Positions 36,805-44,095 of a stretch of DNA of 64,000 nt are shown here, in pieces. A model generated the notes under the pieces. It did not search any database, was not told where the DNA came from, and saw only the letters and a list, made by a program, of their open reading frames with translations. The stretch is from an uncultured Solirubrobacterales bacterium (lineage in GTDB: Bacteria > Actinomycetota > Thermoleophilia > Solirubrobacterales > Solirubrobacteraceae), in contig CAWBHJ010000014.1 of assembly GCA_963788565.1 (NCBI GenBank), positions 40,374 through 104,373 of the forward strand, read 5' to 3'. The first letter of the stretch is position 1, and each line of letters opens with the position of its first letter. A program made the translations under genes and the position numbers.

Positions 36805-37104
36805 ATGCTCGTGGCGGTCACAGATCACGCGGCGGAGCGGTTCCGTCAGCGGGTACGGGGGACGCTTGACGAGAAGCTCGAGATCGCCTCGCGCGTCGCG
36901 CGGGCCCATGCCGCCGGGCGGATCGAACAGGGGTCCGCCGGGACCGTGCTCGTCCGCGACCTCGACCGCCGGGACCTCGTCTACGTATGCCGGCCCGACG
37001 GCGGCGAGCTGGTCGTGATCACGTTGTGGGAGGAGGGGGAGGACGCCGCGGTGCCGAAGCGATTCACGAACGCCCTGCGCCGCGACGACCACCGCGTCGG
37101 CTAG
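36805..37104 (+). CDS. Small hypothetical protein (99 aa); start uncertain (alternatives at 36736 and 36760)
   Basis: GC3-rich ORF. The N-terminus MLVAVTDHAAERFRQRV has a loose DUF4258-like flavour. No confident family. Confidence 0.4.
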   Translation: MLVAVTDHAAERFRQRVRGTLDEKLEIASRVARAHAAGRIEQGSAGTVLVRDLDRRDLVYVCRPDGGELVVITLWEEGEDAAVPKRFTNALRRDDHRVG

Positions 37105-38872
37105 GGCGCTTGCGCGTGTGGTGCGCGACCGGCGCGAGCCGGCAGGATTCCGGCCCGTTCACACACGCGGGCGGCGGCGTCGCGGTCCCGAGAATCAGCC
37201 GCGACGGGTACACCGAGTCGTGGAAGATCAGGTTGCGCCCGGCCACGTCGAGCGGTTCGTGAGTTGGCGCGTCCGAGGAGCTGAGCCACAGTCGCAGCCG
37301 GTGGCCGGGAGCAAGCGTGTAGGCCGTGTCCCAGATGTCCATCCGGTACTCGGTGGTCTGGCCGGTCACGACCGGCGTGTCGCGGTCGTCCGGAAGGTAC
37401 GGATCACCGGGCGGCGAGCGCTTGGGGTCGACGTAGCGGAAGCTCGCGCGCAGCCACCCCTGAGTGATCAGCGAGGCGCTGCCGTCGGGCGCGACGTCCT
37501 CGAGGCGCGCTACCCACGCCATGTCACTGCCCTCGGTGACGGCCCAGAAACGGAACTCGGATGGCCCCGCCAGGTGCAGCGCCTCGGCCAGGGCCGGAGT
37601 CGTGTACGTGAGCCCCTGCGGCTCATCGAGCCGCTGGTCGAGCGGGGCGTAGGGGAGGAAGCCGTCGGGTCCGTCCTTGCCCATCGGGACCGATGCGCCG
37701 GCGGCGGGGTCATAGACGTACGAGTCCTGGTACGCGGCGGCGCCGGCGGGAACGCCCGTCGCGAGCGTGCCGTCGTTGGGTGACAGCGACGCCGAGCCGC
37801 TCTTCCCCGCGGACAGGTACAGATTGGTGCGGTGCGTGTCGGCCGCGTGCCACGAGGGCACCGCGTGCCAGCTCCCGTTGCCGAGATCCAGGTAGCGGAC
37901 TCGCGGCTTGGCGGCGATCCCGTTGCGGATCCCTTTGACCCATCGGTTCAGCCACGCGACGTCCTCGCCCGGCGGCGGGGTATCGCTGAGCGCGGAGACG
38001 TTGTCGAGCTGATTCTGGGTCGATCCGCCGTACGGCGCGCCGAGCTCGCCGGCCTGGTCGGTGCCGTGGTGCGTGCTGGCGTTGATCACGAGCAGGCTCG
38101 GAGTGCGCAGTGAGTCGATCAGCCGCACGTCCCCGCGGCTGTACATGTCCTCCCAGCCGGTGAAGACGTAGACCGGCGCCTTGATCCGGCTGACCTTCGC
38201 AAGCACCGACCGTTCGTAGTAGACGGGGCCGTCGTAGGGGATCAGCCTCGTCTCGATCGCGAACTGCTGCTGCGCGCGGTCTAGGACCTGCGGCTGGTAG
38301 CCGATCCCGATCGACTGCGCCGCGGTCTGGCCGGCGAACCACTGGTCGACGAACCCCTGGTCGTAGAGCCCGTTCTGCCAGACGACGTCCCGGTAGGGAT
38401 CGGTGGGCGGATGCCCCACGACGACCGCGTCGAGGTGCTTGGGCTCGAGCTCGGCGCCGAGCAGTGCCGTGATCGCCGAGTACGAATAGCCGTACAGCGC
38501 CACGTGCCCGTTGCTCCACGGCTGCTTGGCGATCCATTCGACGACGTCGCGGACGTCCTCCTGCTCGCGCAGGCACAGCAGGCAGAGCGCGCCGCCACTC
38601 ATCCCCGAGCCACGGACGTCGGTGTTGATTCGCGCGTAGCCCTGGGGAACGTAGTCGGTCGAGGTCGAGCGGCCGTACGGCTCCATGTCGACGACCGCCG
38701 GGTACCGAGCCTTGCCGTCCCCGGGCAGATACACGTCGCCGACCAGGTTGACCCCGTCGCTCGCCGGGATCGTGACGTTCGACTTCTTCGTCATCGCCGC
38801 GGCAGCGCCCGCCGGCGAAACGCAGGCAAGCGCGCCGAGCAGGCAAAGTCCGACGAGCAGACAGCGACGCAC
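37064..38872 (-). CDS. CocE/NonD family hydrolase (S15 X-Pro dipeptidyl-peptidase-like), secreted
   Basis: YPAVVDMEPYGRS...RINTDVRGSGMSGG is present, with the nucleophile region ALYGYSYSAITAL. The GTG at 38872 gives the signal peptide RRCLLVGLCLLGALACVSPAGAAAA. The ATG at 38953 would overlap the divergent gene's ATG. Confidence 0.8.
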   Translation of the reverse strand: MRRCLLVGLCLLGALACVSPAGAAAAMTKKSNVTIPASDGVNLVGDVYLPGDGKARYPAVVDMEPYGRSTSTDYVPQGYARINTDVRGSGMSGGALCLLCLREQEDVRDVVEWIAKQPWSNGHVALYGYSYSAITALLGAELEPKHLDAVVVGHPPTDPYRDVVWQNGLYDQGFVDQWFAGQTAAQSIGIGYQPQVLDRAQQQFAIETRLIPYDGPVYYERSVLAKVSRIKAPVYVFTGWEDMYSRGDVRLIDSLRTPSLLVINASTHHGTDQAGELGAPYGGSTQNQLDNVSALSDTPPPGEDVAWLNRWVKGIRNGIAAKPRVRYLDLGNGSWHAVPSWHAADTHRTNLYLSAGKSGSASLSPNDGTLATGVPAGAAAYQDSYVYDPAAGASVPMGKDGPDGFLPYAPLDQRLDEPQGLTYTTPALAEALHLAGPSEFRFWAVTEGSDMAWVARLEDVAPDGSASLITQGWLRASFRYVDPKRSPPGDPYLPDDRDTPVVTGQTTEYRMDIWDTAYTLAPGHRLRLWLSSSDAPTHEPLDVAGRNLIFHDSVYPSRLILGTATPPPACVNGPESCRLAPVAHHTRKRPSRRGGRRGAGRS

Positions 38873-38951
38873 GGCATACGAAACGGCTGCGCGGCCGAGA
38901 ACTTGCGGTCGGCGGCGCTGCCATCGGCCGTGCTGGCTACCATCGGCCGCC

Positions 38952-40232
38952 ATGTCGAGTCCCGGTCTGCGTCGGGGACTCGTCGCCGTGGCGGGCCTGC
39001 TGCTTGCGATCGGGATAGCAGCAGTGGTTCTGGCGCTGACCGCTTCCGATAGCCCCCAGCACCGCCGGCCCGCGGTCCAGGTGACGCGCCCCGTGACGAC
39101 GCCCCCACCGCCACGTCCGAAGCCGCATCCGCGGCCGCGGCCGACCGACGATGCGTGGCCGCTCTACGGCTACAACCTCGCCCGCACCCGGGCGTTCCCG
39201 AACGGGCGCAAGCTCGACCCGCCGCTGCACGTCGGCTGGAAGTTCAATGACGGGGCGCTGCTCGAGTTCCCGCCGGTGATCTTCGACAACACGCTGTACT
39301 TCGAGGATGCGAACGGGTGGGCGCGGGCGGTCAGCACGATGAACGGCCAGGTGCTGTGGAAGCGGAGGGTGGGCACGGTCGCGGCCGCCTCGCCGGCGCT
39401 CGACATCCGCCACAAGCTCGTGTTCTTCACGCTCCTGTCGACGAGCCCGGGCGCCACCGCGCCCGGCAACGGAGCCGTCGTGGCGCTGTCGATGAAGACC
39501 GGGAAGGTCGCGTGGTCACACGCGCTGCCGCCGGGCAGCGAATCCTCGCCGCTGGTCCACGGCCTCAGCGTATTCCTCGGCGACCAGGGCGGGACCATGT
39601 ACTCGTTCAGGACCTACGACGGCCATCTCAACTGGACGTTCGGCGCGGCCGGCGCGGTCAAGGGCGGAGTCGCGTTCGCGCACGACACGATCTACTTCGG
39701 CGACTACGGGGGACAGGTTCACGCCGTCGGCGCGAAGAACGGCCGCGGCGTCTGGACCTCGTCCGCGGGCGACAACGTCTACTCGACCCCGGCGGTCGCG
39801 TTCGGCCGGGTGTACATCGGCAGCACCAGCGGCGCGGTCTATGCCTTCTGGGCCAACTCCGGGGCGCAGTCGTGGAGCGCGTCGACGGGCGCGTACGTCT
39901 ACTCGTCGCCGGCGGTGGCCGACGTCCCCGGCGTCGGGCCGACTGTGTACATCGGCTCCTACGACGGCAACCTGTACGCCTACAACGCGCTCAGCGGAGG
40001 CGGCCGGTGGAGCCACGCTGCCGGCGGGCGGATCGACGGCTCGGCGACCGTGCTCGGCAACGTCGTCTACTACTCGAGCCTCGGCTCGAACACGACCGAG
40101 GGCCTCGACCTCCGGACCGGCCGCAAGGTGTTCTCGTTCCCGGACGGGGAGTTCAGCCCGGTGATCACCGACGGCAAGGCCGTTTTCCTGATCGGCTACT
40201 CGACGATCTACCAGATGCTCCCGAAGCGCTGA
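38952..40232 (+). CDS. Membrane-anchored PQQ-like (BamB-type) beta-propeller protein
   Basis: The TM anchor is GLVAVAGLLLAIGIAAVVLAL, followed by a Pro-rich linker. Blades are LYFEDANGWARAVSTMNGQVLWK, TIYFGDYGGQVHAVGAKNGRGVW, RVYIGSTSGAVYAFWANSGAQSW and TVYIGSYDGNLYAYNALSGGGRW. Confidence 0.82.
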   Translation: MSSPGLRRGLVAVAGLLLAIGIAAVVLALTASDSPQHRRPAVQVTRPVTTPPPPRPKPHPRPRPTDDAWPLYGYNLARTRAFPNGRKLDPPLHVGWKFNDGALLEFPPVIFDNTLYFEDANGWARAVSTMNGQVLWKRRVGTVAAASPALDIRHKLVFFTLLSTSPGATAPGNGAVVALSMKTGKVAWSHALPPGSESSPLVHGLSVFLGDQGGTMYSFRTYDGHLNWTFGAAGAVKGGVAFAHDTIYFGDYGGQVHAVGAKNGRGVWTSSAGDNVYSTPAVAFGRVYIGSTSGAVYAFWANSGAQSWSASTGAYVYSSPAVADVPGVGPTVYIGSYDGNLYAYNALSGGGRWSHAAGGRIDGSATVLGNVVYYSSLGSNTTEGLDLRTGRKVFSFPDGEFSPVITDGKAVFLIGYSTIYQMLPKR

Positions 40233-40254
40233 GAGATGCTCCCGAAGCGCTGAG
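40213..40254 (+). repeat. Perfect 21-bp tandem duplication spanning the stop codon
   Basis: AGATGCTCCCGAAGCGCTGAG occurs at 40213-40233 and again at 40234-40254. Confidence 0.95.
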
Positions 40255-40305
40255 GCGAAGCTAGGCGGCCGGGCACGGACCCAGCGGGGCGCCGCGAATG
40301 GTCCA

Positions 40306-40815
40306 CTATCCGAGGTACTCCACGAAATGCGTCATCGGCAGGCGCTCTGGGGGCTCCTTCCCCTGGCGTGGCCAGCCGAGATGGATCAGCGCGACGAACC
40401 GCTCGCCGGGCGGGATCGCGACCGCTTCAAGGCCCTCGGGCGTCCGCAGCACGCCGGGCGTGCGCCAGTAGCCCACGAGCCCGTGGCCGTGCGCTCCGAG
40501 CAACACTGCGTAGACCGCGCAGGCGGCGGCGCACAGGTCCTCCTCGTCCTGGACCGGGTCGTCGGACCGGAGCACGCTGGCCGCCACGAGCGTCGGGGCG
40601 CGCTCGAGCTTCGAGGCGCCCTCAGGGCCGGCCGCCCGCTTCAGCGCGGCGAGCGCCTCCGGGCCGAGGACGCGAAACCGCCAGGGGTTGGTGAGGTGGT
40701 GGTTCGGCGCCCAGCGCGCAAGCTCGAACAGCTCGTTCAGCACCTCGCGCGGCACCGGCTCGGGGGCAAATGCCTTGTGGGTGCGCCGGGTCCGGATTGC
40801 CTCCTCGACGTCCAT
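40306..40815 (-). CDS. Nitroreductase family protein
   Basis: AIRTRRTHKAF, ARWAPNHHLTNPWRF. Confidence 0.85.
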   Translation of the reverse strand: MDVEEAIRTRRTHKAFAPEPVPREVLNELFELARWAPNHHLTNPWRFRVLGPEALAALKRAAGPEGASKLERAPTLVAASVLRSDDPVQDEEDLCAAACAVYAVLLGAHGHGLVGYWRTPGVLRTPEGLEAVAIPPGERFVALIHLGWPRQGKEPPERLPMTHFVEYLG

Positions 40816-40861
40816 GTCGCATCAAAGGTAGTGGGCGCGCCGGTTTGGATACGGTCCGGCA

Positions 40862-41608
40862 ATGGAGCGACGCCGGTTCGGGCGCACGGAATGGGAGGTG
40901 CCGGTCGTCGGGCTCGGAACCTGGGGGACGTTCGACCTCCGGCCCGAATCGCAATCGGTGGCCGACGCCGTCGTCGACGCCGCGCTCGACGGCGGCACGC
41001 GTCTGTTCGACTCCTCGCCGATGTACGGCCGCTCCGAGCGGGTGCTGGGCCGGGCCCTGGCCGACCGGCGCGCGGAAGCGTTCGTCGCGACCAAGGTCTG
41101 GGCCCGCTCGGGCTCCGAGGCGAGGGCTCAGTTCCAGGCGCAGCTCGAGTTCTACGGCGGCCGCGTCGACCTCGAGCAGGTCCATAACCTCGTTGCGTGG
41201 CAAGAGCGCCTGGACTGGCTGGAAGAGGAGCGTGACGCCGGGCGGATCCGGTTCCTCGGCGCGACCCACTACTCGGCAAGCGCGTTCGGCGAGCTCGAGG
41301 AGGTGATGCGCACCGGACGGATCGACGCGATCCAGGTGCCGTACAACCCACTCGAGCGCGAGGCGGAACGGAGGATCCTGCCGCTCGCCGCCGAGCTCGA
41401 CCTCGGCGTGATCGCGATGCGGCCGTTCGGCGAGGGCTCGCTGCTCGGGCGGTGGGACGCCGAGTCGCTGCTGAAGTGGACGCTCGCGGACGAGCGGGTC
41501 CACGTCGCGATTCCGGCCACGTCCGACCCGGCTCACGCCCGGGCGAACGCCCGGGCCGGCGAACCACCATGGCCATCCGCCGACGAGCGCATGGCCGTCT
41601 CCGGATAG
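40862..41608 (+). CDS. Aldo/keto reductase
   Basis: VVGLGTWG, FDSSPMYGRSERVLG, IRFLGATHY, IQVPYNPLER. Confidence 0.88.
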   Translation: MERRRFGRTEWEVPVVGLGTWGTFDLRPESQSVADAVVDAALDGGTRLFDSSPMYGRSERVLGRALADRRAEAFVATKVWARSGSEARAQFQAQLEFYGGRVDLEQVHNLVAWQERLDWLEEERDAGRIRFLGATHYSASAFGELEEVMRTGRIDAIQVPYNPLEREAERRILPLAAELDLGVIAMRPFGEGSLLGRWDAESLLKWTLADERVHVAIPATSDPAHARANARAGEPPWPSADERMAVSG

Positions 41609-41617
41609 GATCGCGCC

Positions 41618-42283
41618 GTGGTCGTAGCGATCGCTGGAGCCCACGGCCAGATCGCGATGACGCTGACGCGGCTGCTGGTGGCCGGCGGCGACGAGGTGAT
41701 TGGCCTGATCCGCAACCCGGACCATGCGGACGACGTTTCCGCGGCGGGGGCATCGCCGGTCATCTGCGATCTCGAGCAGGCCGGGACCGAGCAGATCGCC
41801 GGCGCGATCGCGGGCGCGGGCGCCGTGGTGTTCGCCGCGGGCGCAGGGCCCGGAAGCGGCGCGGTACGCAAGCTGACGATGGATCGTGATGGCGCGATCA
41901 AGCTGCTCGAGGCCGCGACCGAGGCCGGCGCCGATCGCTACGTGATCGTCAGCTCGATCGGTGCCGAGGCTCCTCCCGATGGCGACGACGTGTTCAGCGT
42001 CTACCTGCGGGCGAAGGCGGAGGCCGACGATGCGGTGAGGCAGAGCGACCGCGACTGGACGATCATCCGGCCCGGCGGCCTCACCAACGATCCGGGCACA
42101 GGCCGCGCGCGGATCGACGCGGAGCCATTCCGCGGGAGGGTCGCGCGTGACGACGTCGCGGACGTACTCGCGCGCGTGCTGCACGACCCGCGAGCGTCGA
42201 GCAGGATCCTCTACGTGAACGGCGGCGAGGTCCCGATCGAGCAGGCGCTCGACCGGGTCCTCGGGCCGCCCGCGGCCGGCTAG
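41618..42283 (+). CDS. NAD(P)H-binding atypical SDR family oxidoreductase
   Basis: The N-terminal Rossmann region is VAIAGAHGQIAMTLTRLLVAGGDEVIGLIRN. RYVIVSS and IIRPGGLT are also present. Confidence 0.8.
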   Translation: MVVAIAGAHGQIAMTLTRLLVAGGDEVIGLIRNPDHADDVSAAGASPVICDLEQAGTEQIAGAIAGAGAVVFAAGAGPGSGAVRKLTMDRDGAIKLLEAATEAGADRYVIVSSIGAEAPPDGDDVFSVYLRAKAEADDAVRQSDRDWTIIRPGGLTNDPGTGRARIDAEPFRGRVARDDVADVLARVLHDPRASSRILYVNGGEVPIEQALDRVLGPPAAG

Positions 42284-42296
42284 GCGCCGCCCGCGA

Positions 42297-42785
42297 TCAG
42301 CTGCTCTTGCGGGTGCTGCGGCTTCCGCTCGCGCGCGTGCGGCTGCCGCCCGACTTCGAGCCGCCCGACTTCGAGCCGGTCGACTTCGAGCCGGTCGACT
42401 TCGAGCCGGCGGACTTCGCGCCGCTCGAGCGCGACGTGGTCGCGCCACTCGCCCGCGTGCTGCTGCTCCGGCCGGTCGCCCGGCGAGCCGCGCTGGTCGC
42501 GCTCGTCTGCGCGCTCTTGGCGGCCTTCTGCGCCGCTTCGAAGTCGCGCTTCAGCGCGGTCGTGAACTTGCCGGTGTCCCGGCGCGCGTCGGACAGGAAC
42601 TTGCCGAGTCCCTTGTGCAGCGCTTTTGTCGAGGCTGTGGCGTTGCGACCCGCCTGCTCCTGCAGGTCCTTGAGCGCCTTCTGGGCGGATTCGAGCGATG
42701 AATTCAGCCGCTTGAGCGCGGCCGGTTCCTTAAACGTGGAGCTGGTCCGTGAAGAGGACCGAGCTGACTTTCGAGCTTGCGGCAT
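42297..42785 (-). CDS. Highly basic Ser/Thr/Lys-rich protein with a C-terminal SKS(T/G)G pentapeptide repeat tail (histone-H1-like composition)
   Basis: The RBS GAGGGAG lies upstream of the ATG. The N-half is helical (LKRLNSSLESAQKALKDLQEQ). The tail is GAKSAGSKSTGSKSTGSKSGGSKSGGS. Confidence 0.6.
   Translation of the reverse strand: MPQARKSARSSSRTSSTFKEPAALKRLNSSLESAQKALKDLQEQAGRNATASTKALHKGLGKFLSDARRDTGKFTTALKRDFEAAQKAAKSAQTSATSAARRATGRSSSTRASGATTSRSSGAKSAGSKSTGSKSTGSKSGGSKSGGSRTRASGSRSTRKSS
42351..42425 (-). repeat. Five tandem 15-bp in-frame repeats
   Basis: The units are CGACTTCGAGCCGCC, CGACTTCGAGCCGGT (twice), CGACTTCGAGCCGGC and GGACTTCGCGCCGCT. Confidence 0.95.
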
Positions 42786-43195
42786 GCGATCTCCCTCAGA
42801 CCGTGAAGTGAAGTTGGCGCCAGCCTAACCGAGCGCGCGCCTTCGCGCGAAGCGGGCTCCACGCCGAAGGAGGCCGTGGCCCCGAAAGAGGCCGCTCGCG
42901 ACCGGGGCGGCCCGTGGCCCCCGTCCGCTGTCGGTCAGAACTGTCCTCGTACCGAACCGCAGGAGGGAGGAGTCGAAGGCACCGGGTTCGGTCCGAGGCT
43001 TGGTCCTGATGGACACCGGCCGAGACAGGTCACCACGAGCGCCCCGATCGCGAGCGATTGAGAACGTCTCCGTTCACCTCTTCTTTCGGCCCACCTTTTG
43101 CCTCGCGAGGAAGGATCGGCGATCGCGCGCCGGAGGGCTTCGGCCGAATGTCGAGGATTCGGCCGCTCCACACCTGCCCTTCGTACAGACGGCCG

Positions 43196-43936
43196 CTACG
43201 GCTCCTCGATCTCCGCGAGCGCGACCACCAGCACGGCGTCCCAGTAGCGGGCGCCATGCTCCGCGCTGGAGTGCGCCGGGTCGCCGATCACCCCGTTCTC
43301 GCTGACCGACCGGACGCCGTTGGCGAACAGCGACGCGATCGCAGCCTGCGGATCGCCGGTGTAACCCGGCGCGGCGCGCTCCATATGGACGAGCTCGGGG
43401 TGGATTGCGGTGAGCATCGAGGTCTCCCACTCACCGGCGTGCAGCCCTCCTTCGCCGAGCGGCACTGCGTGCTCGTCGACGCCCACCTGCGCGATCGCGA
43501 GCAGCGCCCCGAGGTCGGTGAGCGCCCGCACCTCGATCCCCGGATCCGGCCCGAGCCGGCGGACCGCCTCGGCGAGCGGCGCGAAGTTCCCTCCGTGTGT
43601 CGGCAGCAGCACGACGAGTCGGAACCCTCCCCGCGCGAGCGAGCGGACAAGGTCGGCGACCAGAAGGTGGAACGTCTCGTCGGAGATCGAGAGGGTGCCC
43701 GGGAACTCGAGGTGGTGCTCGGAGCAGCCGACCCTGACCGTTGGGGCGACGAACGCATCGAGCCGGTCGGCGACGAGCCACGCGAGGTGATCGCCGATCA
43801 GGGCGTCGGTCGCCAGCGGCATGTGCGGGCCGTGCTGCTCAGTGGCGCCGAACGCGATGACGACGGTGTCGCGACCCGCGTCGCGTTCGGCCTCGACCTC
43901 CGGCCAGGACATGCGATCCAGCTCGACGGCGCCCAC
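43196..43936 (-). CDS. Creatininase family amidohydrolase
   Basis: VVIAFGATEQHGPHMPLATD, LLPTHGGN, HAGEWETS. Confidence 0.85.
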   Translation of the reverse strand: MGAVELDRMSWPEVEAERDAGRDTVVIAFGATEQHGPHMPLATDALIGDHLAWLVADRLDAFVAPTVRVGCSEHHLEFPGTLSISDETFHLLVADLVRSLARGGFRLVVLLPTHGGNFAPLAEAVRRLGPDPGIEVRALTDLGALLAIAQVGVDEHAVPLGEGGLHAGEWETSMLTAIHPELVHMERAAPGYTGDPQAAIASLFANGVRSVSENGVIGDPAHSSAEHGARYWDAVLVVALAEIEEP

Positions 43937-44095
43937 GGACCCTCCTCACCTCGATTCGGGGTGAGAATATCTCCGGCGGAGATGGACGGCGGCCCGTCCG
44001 TACTTCGTCCTCGTTTCACAGGATCGTCACAGCCGGGCGCCTGCGACTGGTAAGAGTTCCTCCGCTTGATGCCGGGAACCGGGAACCGACGGGTC

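Noticed and set aside
38873-38953. The ATG at 38953 as the start of the CocE/NonD hydrolase
   Set aside because: It would overlap the divergent gene's ATG within a single CATG, leaving no promoter space. The GTG at 38872 yields a canonical signal peptide.
42351-42425. Possible CRISPR-like or regulatory repeat array
   Set aside because: The 15-bp units are contiguous with no spacers, lie in frame inside a coding sequence, and translate to a pentapeptide repeat.
42825-43257. Small ORFs (60-78 aa) in the 410-bp gap as possible micro-proteins
   Set aside because: They are Arg/Pro/Gly-rich with no RBS or family resemblance, and several overlap one another in different frames.
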